Source: Balanoglossus misakiensis (lineage: Eukaryota > Animalia > Hemichordata). Taken from it: 64,000 nt of DNA. Numbering within the stretch: the first letter of the stretch is position 1; each line of letters opens with the position of its first letter. Below, one piece after another: positions 12,815 to 25,854 of the stretch. The translations under genes and the position numbers were made by a program. The stretch is taken from assembly GCA_040954595.2 (NCBI GenBank), contig CM082584.2:3538110-3602109 (forward strand). The letters are read 5' to 3'. Below the pieces are notes generated by a model. That model was not told the origin of the DNA. It did no database searches and saw only the letters and a program-made list of their open reading frames with translations.

Positions 12815-15800
12815 ATGTATGAAACGGGACTTAACAGCGCATCAACATATTGTGTCATTATATTGCTTGTATACCAACATACCGCAGGTACGGAAATTGC
12901 TCTTTTCGGAGTCGGGGGGGGGGATAGGGAGGGGAAAGCAGAGAGATTTGGGAGAAAAAAGAGAGGGAGTAGAGGGGAAGGGAGGGAAAGAGAAAGAGAG
13001 GGAGGGAGATGCTGATTCTACTGCTTGAACGCCTGCACTATAATAATCGGGTATAGCACCGGACAAAGTTGGTTTCTCAACCTATTCCAGACATACATCA
13101 GATAGATGATGACAGTACACTGTTGATATATGTTCGTCGGGTTTCCCTTATATAGCTCTAGAGCAACTATCCTGGGAGGTTGAACCAGTGAACACAATTG
13201 TCAAGGAAGGAGAAGAATTGTTGCTCAAGTGTTCTGTAAAGTCTACCTCGACTCAACTTCCTGGTTGGAGGAAGGTGCACAATAACGGTAGTGATATCAA
13301 GATCGTACAAAACGGCACTTCCTACAGAGAATGTTATAGTGTCGTAGGTGACAGATCAAAAGGGGAAGTCAACTTGCTCGTCCACAATGCATCAACGCAA
13401 CATCAGGGGGAATATATGTGTACATATCCTAATCTACCGAATGCTGTAGCTGAAGTTTCTGTGATTGGTAAGGTATTGCCGTTCCATTCAGTTTGGGCTT
13501 AACGCGTAGTATAGAACACTTTACTGAATCCTATTCAGACCGGATAACAGGTACAGTGGATACATTTGTAGGGTTGTGATTATGGTATTCGTCTTAAATA
13601 ACTGAATCAAAGTTATTCTAAGTCCGTTAATCCTAGTTTAAAGCAAGATCAATTGCGCATGTACACTATACATAAGTGTCTACAGTTTACTGGTCACAAG
13701 TTTCCATTGCGGTGATAGGCCTATAAGGTGTTGTTTTAAGACTTATGTATGTCTGATATGTAATCTTCCAGGTATTGATGAACCAGAATGCTCTAGGATT
13801 TCCGGTTTGGGACCAAACGACGAAGTGGCTGTCGGAAGTACAATTTCCTTGCGATGCCATGTTACGACAAAAAATGTTGTACCGCCAGGTGAACTTGTGT
13901 GGAATCAAAATGAACAAGAAATCAAACGTGGGAATGGAAGTCAATTACATTACGATATCACGATATCCAAAGATGTTCATGGGATTCCCTTTAGTTGTAG
14001 CCTGGTGCATCGTGACAGTGCTGGATCACCTTGGACTTGTTCAAATCCTATAGTACCAAATGTACAATGTATGTAAACTATATGATATTGTATATTAATG
14101 AATGCGGTGTAATTCTCACCTCTAATTTATATCCATTCTTTGTTAAGTTGCCAGTTATTTACGTTGACTCTTAGTTTAATTATATACACATCATGTAATA
14201 TACCAGTTTGTTAAAGTTTTTGTTAAGACACCTAGATTACTACAAATTTTCACTACATTCAACCAAAGGAAATCACACATGCAGTGGTCTTAACACACAT
14301 ATTTTAAATAATTTAGATCCACCGACTGCATCATCTCCATCTTCAATGTGTGTTAAGAAAGGCCAAGACCTCAGACTTCGTTGTGAGTTTACACCAGGAA
14401 ATCCGCCGAAGACATCGATTGCGTGGAAACGAAGAGGTGGTGAAAGGCCAGCGATTCGAAACCCATTAGTTATCAGGAACATACAACCAGGACCTGACAA
14501 CTACCACATCTACACATGCACTGTAAGCAATGTGTACTATGATGGCAGAACAGGACTTGGTACTAGTGATACTACGATTTATGTTCAATGTAAGTTTTTA
14601 AAAGTACATTATATTTAGCATAGACAATTTTTCATTATCGCATATCCTAAATCAGGCCCCTTATAGTAACCATGTCGCTAATTTACTGACATTCACCCAG
14701 TATCATGCCCGGTCCACCCATCAAGGCATGTGTGGCAATTTATAGACGAATATTCTAGGAGTCAAAATACATAGCAGAGCAGTACAAATGCACTTGTATT
14801 TTTGTTATTCGCAATCTAATCCGCTGGTGATCACGCCAAGTTTTCGTCCTGACGGTTTTGAATGCATATCTCCGCTGCAACGGTGACCATCTCCTATACA
14901 TGAACGTCGATCAAAAATTATAGGTGGGCCGTATCATTAGCGAAATATTGTCTGATATCATTTCATCACTAGGATTGTATTGTCTTGCTATTTCCAAAGC
15001 CAAACCAAAAGTGTTCTCACCAGTAGTATACCAAGTAAAAGAGGGCTATGACGTACTTCTTCAATGTAATGTGTCTGCTATCCCGGCTGCCGATGAAATA
15101 AAATGGATATCTCCTCTCGGAACAGTGACACTCAACGTAATGTTGACAATTCGAAACGTACAAAGAAGGGATGCTGGTGTTTACAACTGCACAGCCAGGA
15201 ACACTTTTTGCAACGATATAGGAGGCTATGGATATGGATCAAATGTGACATATATGGATGTACTGTGTAAGTTTAGCAAAATTTCATTTCCTTGTGAATA
15301 ATTATTCTGATTCCAAACTGCGTTATGCTGTTTTGTTTTGACTGACCTTTTACTATTGATCGCTTGGATTATAAAACTTAAGCAAAGGCATCAACCGGGT
15401 CCGTATACAAACAAAGTTTTACCATGTCTGTGCATTTTGACAGTCAAACCAGATCACGTCTCTTTAACTGGAGGTCATCCTGTGAAGTTTGGAGAACATC
15501 TCACCCTCACGTGTACAACAAGTAAAAGCAATCCGGAATCGTCAATAAGATGGTACAAGAATGGCTCAATTATTGTTTCGAAGGATAACAGTATGAACAT
15601 CACTACAGTTATTGAAGAGACGAGTGCTTCCAAGGGATTTATATCAAAGCAGCACTTACGGATCAGTGTTAAACCGGAGGACAATTCAATGAAAATGAAG
15701 TGCTCGGCTAGGAATCCAAAGTTCACCGAGGACGAAATATTCTCCGATGAAGTCTCTGTTTCATGTTACTGTAGGTAAACACAATACTCATTTGATATTA

Positions 15801-18800
15801 TGTTTAACAATATATTTTTATCACAGTTTATTTTCTCAACGTTACTTACGGCATGTTAATGAAAAGAGGTAAAAAGAGGGAAAACTGGTCAAAGTCTTCA
15901 CACTTACAGTCTAGTAATAGCAAACGAAAAGGAACTATCTGAAGGTTCCCAGCAAAGATATACTATTTGATTGGTAGCCAATATCAATTATTTTTACAAT
16001 GGCTCGAAGAACAACATATCTTTTCAGTCCTATAATTAAGCTGTTTACCGAACGAACGATATGAATTCAATTCCCGTGTCTCGAATTTGTTTTCTTTTTG
16101 TTTTCTTTGTTTGCCTACAGTTCCACCGAGTTATCCAACAAATTGTAAAACTGAGTTAAAAGTTTACTCGTCCAGAAATGCAAATATCTTCATGGCTGGT
16201 TCGTCTGTGACTTTACAGTGTGTGTCATGTAGCAGTAATCCAGCTGCAAATTTAACCTGGTACCTGGACAAGACAAAAATTATTCCTACACATGACCCCG
16301 ATTTCAACGCCGGACAATTTAGTGGAACAATCACTGCACAGAATCACAAACTGGACCTGTCATATAAGCATCACAGAGCCACAATTTATTGTAATGCTGT
16401 AAGCCAATACTTCCCAGAGCTCGTGTTCCCTTCGGAGCCACTGTCACTCCATGTCCAGTGTAAGTGCAATATTCTACATCATTTACATTGTGAACTTGTA
16501 GTATCTTGCATTTCCATCCGAATTTACATTGAATTAAATTACGTACTATTGAAAATGGTATATTAAGATTCCATTTCTTATTTTATCATTCAGACTCGCC
16601 AATTTTACTGAATCCACAAGAAAACGGAAAAGTAGCAGCGAATTTAGGCGAGAGTGCAGAGTTGACTTGTCAGGTCGATAGCAACCCTCCTTCAGCAATA
16701 AAATGGTTCCACCAAGACGGAAACGAGACAATACACCTCAGCAGCAAACACCATTTCGAAGATGTGTTATCTGATACTGTCACCCACAGCACGCTACAAA
16801 TACAACATGTACGCAAACAGGACTATGGCTTTTATCGCTGTCACGCTGTAAATGACGTTGGATTTATAAACGTTACCATCACTCTGATTGCAAAGTGTAA
16901 GTGTGTGTGTAGGGGGGGGTGTGAGTTTTCCCCCTAGGCTTAAAACTATACAAATTGATTTCAAATTGGATTGTTTGTGTTGTCAATTATTTCCAGGAAC
17001 TGAAAAGACATTTGCTGTAATTCTGTATATTGTTCTATGTCTAATAGCTCCTCCGGAAAAAGCATCAGGTGTGAACACTGCAACAACAGCAGACTCCATC
17101 TCGGTTTATTGGACACCTGGTTTTAATGGTGGGGACCCACAATCATTCTATGTGGAATGTGTCAACATTTTGAGTGGCAAAAAACTAGTGATCAAGGCAA
17201 CAGACGAGAGGCAGCAAGTCATCGGAAACCTTGATGCAGGGACAACGTACAACATAACAGTAATAAGCAAAAACAGATTTGGAGAAACAAGAAGTGAGAC
17301 AACTGCCGTCACAACAGCAGGTATTCGAAATATTAATGCGGAAACAGCTGACTTGTTATGTTGCCATTTCAGCTTATTCGCTACACTGTTATTATTTCTG
17401 TTTGCCATGCAGTTATGCTAAAATACATTATTACATTTGTGAACCAAACAACTTTGGCAACATATCGTCATCTGCTTACTCCATTTACGTGCATGTGCGT
17501 TTAAACGTAAACAGCGGAGAGAAGTATAATTTTAATTATATATTTCAAAATCAAACAAACCCATTTTTACTTCCCTGCCGTTTTATACCCTTTGACACAT
17601 ATTTCAGTCAACTTTTGTACTTACTTAAAATGTCTGCTCTGATGAGTGGTTAAATCCATATATTTCAGGGCGAATCCATATATTTCAGGGCAATATGCAG
17701 CATGGACTTGCATTCAGTTCCCAGATAAGACAACGCTAAACTAAAACCTATCACAATGCTGTAATGTTGATAATGCTTATTTGCTTTTTTATTCCTTTCA
17801 CTTTTTTTCAGAAGTTTCGAATGAAGGAGAAGTGAAAGCCACCTCTGATATGATAATGTATACTCTTGTCGTGTGCATCCTGCTTGTGACAGTAATATTG
17901 ATCGTGATTTGTATAGTTGTAATCAGGAATTGCAGACGGAAGTCAGCAAGTAAGTGATATACTTTATTGTCAATAGATGTCCTTTGTTAAGGCCCTACAG
18001 CAATAAGTCACCAGTGTTAGATGCATTTTCTAAATATAACTCCTGGAAGTTTGTGTACATGTTTCGCGGTTGAACTCACATTTCTTGTGAATGTAATGGG
18101 TGAGAAATTGACAGAACGTTTGGTTTTGTCCAGCCTAACTAAAAAATATGCACATTGTGGTGAAGTCATAATTTACTTGTAACACTTTGACACTGGTATG
18201 TGAGTTGAGTTTACAATTTGCTCTTTTATTTACATTTGTTTCATTATCCCTATGTTTCTTTCTTTTTATTGCAAACTCGTGCGAAAAGAGCAAAGGTAAA
18301 TGTACACGTTCACACTTTTTCAGATTTTTAACAGTCTGCCACTGACAATGATATTGAATTCGTTACCTATTATGCCTGAAAGTTATTACCAAGGTTTATT
18401 CGTATCAACAGCTCTGCGTTGTATATGCAGACGGTTGTACATGAATATATCTATACTCTAGTGTGCAAATAGCCATATCCTGGAACGTACATAATGTGTT
18501 GTGTCTTTCATTTTCATGCTGAAGCGATGATTTCATTAAAGCGGCCGGTTAATTTATTTCACAGACAAACTCGAACTTCTGTTCACTTGGAAATGGCGCC
18601 CCGGGACCAGTATCAGCCAGGTGACAAAAAACGCAATAATAATGTACATTAGGAATATTTTGCCTGTAGCTTGGACTTCTCTTCTAATCCTACACAGATT
18701 ACATGTACATGTCGTTATACCATGTGTATGGTTAACACTGGTGTTACTTTAAACTTACGATGTCTGAAGTAAATACAAGTTAAATCGAAGACCAACTTAG

Positions 18801-20392
18801 TATCTCTATTAAAATGACACTATACCACACTAGGTGCAAGTTCCCAACATTCGCCAGTACACATTTCTCTGCTCAGTATTCCCATCCAATACCACTGCTC
18901 ATAAATATATTTGTCTTACAGGGACTGGGCAACAAAGACTGCGTCGACGTGATGACTATGTTCAGACAAGGCCCCCAGCAAGGATCCAGGGCGCACCCAA
19001 GACAAAGAGAAAGAAGAAGCCAAAAAGTAACATGGAATTAGCATTCAAAATCATACTAAATTGCATATACTAAATATTAATGGATTCCTCTTACCAAACT
19101 AGAATAAGTAGGTGATTAGAATTGAATATTGCAGTTAGTTAAAAATTATACATATACTGGTACATGTGCAAAGATAGAAAGAGAGAAATAAGCCCTCCTT
19201 TGTCAATGATTTCATAGTAATGTTCTTGTTTTGCTTTCTTAACAGAACAAAAAGGAATGCAGGCGCATACATATGAAAACGTACCTAGACTAGATGGAGA
19301 ACCACCGTTTTTCCAAAATGGAGAACAAGGTGCGACTTTTGTTTATGTCTGTAAAATATAATAGTGTTGATTTGGGATTTCTGTGTTGGTCTACGTTTCC
19401 TCTCACACAATCACTACAAGTGTATACACTGGACACACTAGTAGGACAATAAGGCTGATTTGTAAAAATGAAAGTAATTCTGGGATATGCGTAAAAACGC
19501 TTGCCTTTTCGGTTCACAGAAGGTGATCTAGAAGCTGGTGTTGGGACTGGTGTATCAGCTCAAATCAAGCACGCTGTAGCAGAAAGAGAAGGTACACAAA
19601 CTCAAGAGAAAACTGGCTCTCAAGAGACCACACACCCAATAGTACACAAAGCACAATCCAGCGTAGCAGATAGGAGCGATTATGAACTTCTGAATGAACC
19701 GATCCCACCACGAAATGCCGAGCAGAGAGTCTACCCTGAACATTCTGACCATAGACGCCCACCGGTAGTGTATGAGAACTTGCCATTACTGGGTGGAGCT
19801 TGCGAACCTCTCAGAACAGGGGAACCTTGCGGAGAAGGTACACCACAAGTAAACATAGACAACCACGCAAATGGTGACCAGATTACTGAGGACATCCCTG
19901 ACGATGGCAACGCCCAAGAAAACGTGAAATTAAGCAAATGCGAAGGTGGCGAAGGTAGTCCAAAATCCTTAAGCTATCAACCAAGCCTCCCAAGAAAAAA
20001 GGTGAAAACCATTATAATACAAATTTGCCCATCCAAATTTTTTTACGAGTAATGTCAAATCATATATCGAAACGAGTACCCATCGTGTTACACGTATACA
20101 GTCACTGCATCTTATTGTTTTATAAGTTCAATAATAAGCAATCCCCTCTCTCCGTGTTTGTCTGTCTGTATGTCTCTCTATCTTAAACTCTGTTTCGCTC
20201 TCTCAAATTTAGCGAAAGGCCAACATCGAAGGCTTGATTTATGCAGACTTGGATCTCCAAGGAAACAAGCAGCCCCACACGCGCAGAAAGGACAAAGGCA
20301 AAACGGATAAAGTACAGTATGCAACAATTGACCATGTCAGGACATCTTATTTGAAAGAAGAGTCACAAGATACATGTGTGCCGGACTCTTGA
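12815..20392 (+). CDS. IgSF receptor B: signal peptide, V-type Ig + 6 Ig, FN3, TM, long tail with tandem ITIMs (nephrin-like architecture)
   Basis: Exons: 12815-12887 (leader), 13156-13467 (V), 13772-14068, 14317-14589, 15000-15266, 15444-15770, 16121-16459, 16594-16896 (Ig), 17048-17320 (FN3, WTPGFNGG...YNITVISKN), 17812-17949 (TM), 18289-18295, 18565-18620, 18922-19026, 19246-19329, 19520-20001, 20213-20392. Phases are compatible. Tail motifs: YENV, SDYELL, VVYENL, LIYADL, VQYATI. Confidence 0.85.
12912..13010 (+). repeat. Polypurine (G/A) low-complexity tract in intron 1 of receptor B
   Basis: ~100 nt that are almost entirely G/A. Confidence 0.7.
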
Positions 20393-21745
20393 CAAGAACT
20401 CACATCATTTTCTGAACAATAGCACAATCAATTTTCCCTTGCACAAAGATGTGTTAAACACACAGATTAGAAGCCTTGTTTTCATACACGTGGAAATTAA
20501 TGTCACATTTTGAGTTGGCCACCAAGGTGTGGTTGAATTTTAATTTGGCGCCAGTTACTAGTATATGATTTGCATAATGTGTGTACTATAGGAGTAGGAT
20601 GACTGGCCGGAGATAAAATTTCAAATGATATGTGGTGGACATTTTCGTTTGCTATTAGCATGCAATGCTCAACCAGTAGCCTATAACCTGCATTTTCTGC
20701 TGTCCATAGCCTGGCAGTAATCAGCATGTGCAATATCTGCCCCAAGGAAAATACCGAAACATCGAAATCCAACACTTGCTGTGTATCTTATTTGTCATGT
20801 ACGTGGAACATTGTGTTTGCCTGAATCAGTGTTGTCTTAGACAAGCGTTTTACTTTGAACAGGTATTGTAAACTACATTCAGCATAATAATATTCTAGGT
20901 AGTATGGAAGATGTCATAGTCAATGACCAGCTTTTTTTCGTCACGTGATATCTAAAGTAGTCTGCCATCAATTAACTACAGTTTTATAGCTAGCATTGTA
21001 AGATCCATGCCAATTTTACCTTACTTAGTTTTAATTTAGATACATTTTTTTCATTTCCTTTCATTATTCTATAGCTGCTAGGCCTACTGACATTCTCTAA
21101 TGGATGTATAGGAAATCATAGCATTCACACTCTTAAGGATGAAATCACCCATAGATTGTTCTTGCAAATTGATTGGTCATTTTCCTGATCAAGGATATCC
21201 GACTAACATTGAGGAAGAATATTCAAGATATATTTTATCACTCATGTAGCCAATTGCCATGAACAATTTTGACACGCACATCTAGTACACAAATTGTTGA
21301 TTTGAATAAAGGTCACGCTGTTTTATCAATTGAGTGGTCTGAGTTTGTTAACCTTAACACCTACAAACAATTGACAATCAGCAAATGTTGGGGAGGGGGT
21401 GAATGAACAGTTTACCGTGTCACAAAGTATAGGTCAGTCATAAACAGATAAAGTCCATGACTTCAGTGCCACTGTTTGTTGAGGACTGAATCGTGTATTT
21501 ATATGCGATATCAACTCGACGGTTGCGAAGCTATCTATCCCATGGTTGGGGTTGTGATTTGGCTAAGTGCAGAAGCAGCAAGAACAAGCACATGCACCAG
21601 ATTGCCACCCTCTGGAGTTGGCCCCTCGGTATTATCACTTAGGCATCAGTACGGCGGCCAAAGTATTTTCAAAATTGGTGATGTTATTGATGCCAGTCAG
21701 ACATAACATGTGCAGTGTGCAGTCCTGTTTTGTCAAACCTGATTC

Positions 21746-21810
21746 TAGTCTGGTTCCCTGCCCCAATCCCACCGCTGGCTGCGCTGGGATTGGGGCAGGG
21801 AACCAGACTA
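21746..21810. mobile_element. 65-bp hairpin MITE with 9-bp TSD (AcademH-type ends)
   Basis: TAGTCTGGTTCCCTGCCCCAATCCCA...TGGGATTGGGGCAGGGAACCAGACTA flanked by ACCTGATTC on both sides. Confidence 0.8.
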
Positions 21811-22102
21811 ACCTGATTCAGGCCTGTCAATACAGGTCTGACATTCGTTCAATTTTTTCAGACATTGTTTCTCGGTGCATGTTACAGGTATGTCGTGAAA
21901 TCTGACGGTTATTTTGAAATTCTTGTTGTGTACTCGCTGTCACTTAAAATAGACAATTGTCCTCCACCCTAGTCCAGCTATCAGCCAATCAAATGTCAAG
22001 TAATATTCTTGAAGTTAGGGGGTCTCTACTGATAAAAACAATTAACCAAACACAAACAGAATTGTCAGTCTACAAGGCAGTCGCACCAGGCCACCGATCA
22101 GC

Positions 22103-23325
22103 ATGCGAAACATAATACAACTGGCTTCGATACTTGTGTGCGTATCCGGACGTTTTGTGGTCAATGCTGCCATAACAGGGGACACAACGAGTAAGAATGA
22201 AGAAGGTTGTCCATGCACGCCTACAATCAACGACCTTGTTGATGACGTCAAATTACTGATGCTAAAGCATCGAGAAGCAGCAATACACGTCGACTCCTTA
22301 CAAGATCAGCAGGATAGTTTGTTTGCACTCGTCCATCAACAAAACGCCGTCAACCAACAGCAGAGCAAGGCTATCGACCATGTGGAGGCAAAGGCAAATG
22401 CACAAGAATCAGAAATTGGCACGCTGCAGCTGCGAGAAACAGAAGTTGAGAATCAGCTGCAAGACTTGAAAACTGCACTTGCAGGGTACTTAGGTGAGGT
22501 AAAACTTCAACACGGTTATCCGAATTGGCGGGATTACAATACAGCAACATCCCCTTTCTTTCCCAATCCGTATAACAACAACAACAATAACAAATTGGCA
22601 CCACAGCTTAAAATTATGAAACAGTATTTTGCATATAATGTGTTTAACTGCAGTACTATAGCATATGTGATTTTCTTGCAAAGCACACCGGGTAAGACAG
22701 AGATATTTGTCATGCCATAATTTTCTCATCATCTTAATCCCCATTTATCTGTAAAACCCACAGAACCTGCTTGTGTTAAGGAGGACGGTTTCAACAGAGG
22801 TGGCAATGATATAAACGACGGAAATCAAAATCTCAAAGATACCGCTGACGAGTGTTGTGAGGATTGCAGGAGTAACAGTCTGTGTCTTGCATGGACTTAC
22901 AACAAGAACACCAAAGGATGCTGGTTTAAGAATCCAGTCCCTGAGAAGTCCTCACATTCACATGCAGTATCAGGAGTTATTGTAAGAGAGGGTAAGTATT
23001 CGCTCATCATATTCATCAGCGTTTATCATGTGATTGCAATTGCTGTATTATGTGCAAATACTCCCAGACAAATTGACTTATCCCATCATTGTAATCATAC
23101 CACTCTCCAAATCTGATTATCATGTGGTTACACTGCAAGACTCGGCCCCATAGACAATGGGTTGCGGAGAGGTATTTACACCGGTTCAGGTCTGGCCGGC
23201 AAAGCCGACTCAAATCTGACTTGAGAAGTTTACCTAACACATGTCTAACACATGTCTTGAAAGATTGAAAATTATATCATATTATCTAATGACTTTTCAA
23301 CATTCCCCATTATATTGCAGATTAA
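22103..23325 (+). CDS. Secreted protein: signal peptide + CxC + coiled coil + PAN/Apple domain; paralogue of the neighbouring lectin
   Basis: Exon 1 (22103-22493) is homologous to lectin exon 1 (VNAA...GCPCT..NDLVDDV vs VNAA...DCSCT..NELVEDV). Exon 2 (22764-22991) has the PAN pattern C..E.G....GND...CC..C.....C.AWTY......CWFK...VSG. Splicing to 23321 gives an immediate GAT TAA. Confidence 0.65.
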
Positions 23326-23560
23326 TGATGGATACTTGAACTGGAACAGTGGGGAACCAAATAAAGGAGGGAGCAGCGTGAAATGCTGGTTTCGACTGTT
23401 AAACAGAATGACTCATACTGTACTTGAACATATGGCATCTGCGAGAAGCTTCTTGTTTAAAGATGCCATGCAGTGGTATAGACAGTTTAATAACAAAGAA
23501 CTAGGCATGACGCCGACGAATAAGCATTATTTGTTTTGTGAAATCCTGACAAGCCAGCTC
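23321..23560 (+). pseudogene. Relic last exon of a C-type lectin domain
   Basis: INDGYLNWNSGEPNKGG...C matches the paralogous exon at 27557. The WND region is disrupted and the first two CTLD exons are absent. Confidence 0.65.
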
Positions 23561-25854
23561 TGTGTAGACCTCCACGTCCTATGGGCTGAGCTGTAATGTA
23601 TTTTGTGACGCATAGTTTCCAATCTATTCCTTGTCAAATAAAATTTGTCTGACATGGTAAAGCCAATTGGTGGTAAGCGGTTTTATTTTTAAAAAATGGA
23701 CAATCTCTATAGTCAGTTCTAACACTTGCATCACCGTATTGTATGCAGTTGTTTTTTACACGACAGGCCCTGCATGTTTGTGATCAAGACATGTGAGACC
23801 GAAGAAAACTGGTCTACTTCTGCTGTCCATGAATAAGTTAAATGCAAAATTAGGAATCGAACCTGTGGAAGATATCTGGGGAATCAGGAATGGGTCATTT
23901 ACCAGCAAAGTTATCGTTGGGATTAGCCAATCACTGATCGTTTCACAAAATATCTTCAGTACAGTGTATGTCTGCTAACATTGCCATCATCATGAGACGC
24001 CCTTTGTAAGTGGCTTAGATTCATTTTCGCTGTAAATATAATGCTAAACATTGCAGAAGACTCAGATCGATAATTACACACGTGATAATTCTGACATATA
24101 GTATTTCTATCCCAGGTCTGTTCACTGGATTTGCATATTGAAATCCCTATTTGATGGAAAGGTTGTTTGCTTTAACTTCCCCGTCAGGAAAAAAGTGATG
24201 CTTCAATCATGATTGCGAACGTAACTGCATTGGAGAGCACAGCTCATTGGCTTGGGGCCGAAAACGTGTCGACTCGAGGGCAAAACAACATATCGTGTAT
24301 TAGCAGTTTGTGATTTTTATACAATGGCTGCTCTTACGGGATGTCATCGACCTATGTCCTAGAAATTATACATGTGTGTACCTACTCCGTATTTTTCTCT
24401 CTTACTATCTGATGTTGGTCACAATGAATGGTTTGGACTTCAATATCAGCTTAGATGATACAGAAAGATAGAGACAACAGTCCTCAATAAAGTATGAATT
24501 ACAATCACCTTGTCTGACAGATAGCATTATCAGTTGATTAACTCTTGACCTTATATGTGGCACGTTGGAATGGTCATCTACGGGACGTTTAATCTTTGTA
24601 TTGAAAATGATCTTCAGCCACAAAATTGTGTTGAAATCATGCTTATTCACCGGGGGAGGGTTATAAGAACTGATTTCTTATCGACTGAAATGTTGTGTGT
24701 TTATTGATACATTTAATCGCCCAGATCTGACCTAAAGCCGACCTTCCATGATGTACATGTACAGCATCGATGCTTCTTGATGCAAATAAATAAAATTGCA
24801 TTATACGACTATAAACACACACACTGGGAAGAAAAACATGACTATAAAAGTTATGTTCTACTTCACCCTGACCATGTTTCAAATCTGGCAAATCTACTCT
24901 ATGTTTGCTTATAGATAAACGTAAATTTCCGAACAACTATAACAGATGACAACTAGGATGATAGTATCAAAACAATATGGCAACATTGCGGCTGCTTGGA
25001 CATGGTTTGTGTTGACAATAATCGGCAAACATGGTGGTGGCAGCGTACAAGGTACAAAGTCGACAAATTTAGGGCAGGACGAACCTTGATGATTGATCAA
25101 GGTAGAGGTTAAGGCTGTACAGATTATATATGGCGTGAGCTTATCAAACGAACACATACTATACTAAGTCTACCTTACTTTGATATCTACAAACTTGTGT
25201 AAAATTTTATTTAATGAAAGAAAGACCTGTGTGGTTGTAATCAGACACACACACATTTTTCATTTATGTACTTGCCATTTGGCAGATTTCTGGTGGAGTA
25301 AAGGTACAACACCGACCAATGTAGGGCAATATGAACCCTAAACAAGTCTACTCTTATCAAATGCAGATATGCTGTACTTTGTTGATCAATTGACACGCTA
25401 AGGTCTTTGACGTTGGATTTGTTTGCCATCTACATGTGAAGATAAACACGAGAGATTTCGAGTCGTGTGAAGGCTAATGACTTCTGTCACCTGTCGATTA
25501 TACTTGACCTAAGATTTAGGCCACAGACTACTTTTTCAGAACTATGCCCATTGCATACAGCAGCAACAACAACAACAACATCCAGTGGCCCTAGCACTAG
25601 CCATATGAGCAAGTAGGAAGAGTATAGAAATCCTGCTTTATAAGATATCATATACGAATGTAAATTTAATTTCATAATAGAGTATGCAGCTGTTTTATCA
25701 TTGTGGCCAAATATTATAACTTTCTGTGTTTTATTTACTGTCGACAATATATACGGTAATGAATTTAGTTTAAGTTAGGGGTTCTTTCCTGATCAAGATC
25801 TCTGGACACTATTCTCAACAATACAGATCAGTTTGACCCGCCTAGACGATCAAG

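Noticed and set aside
17812-17949. Activating receptor with charged TM residue or canonical ITAM
   Set aside because: The TM segments of B and C contain no Lys/Arg/Asp, and no YxxL-x6-8-YxxL was found in the modelled tails.
12815-20392. Calling receptor B nephrin (NPHS1) or receptor C a Siglec/CD22/SIRP orthologue
   Set aside because: Only the architecture is similar. Domain counts differ, the Siglec F-strand Arg is absent from the V domains, and orthology needs a phylogeny.
23600-25800. Short ORFs between the PAN gene and the lectin
   Set aside because: No recognisable domains or consistent splice and phase pattern; probably intergenic DNA or old repeats.
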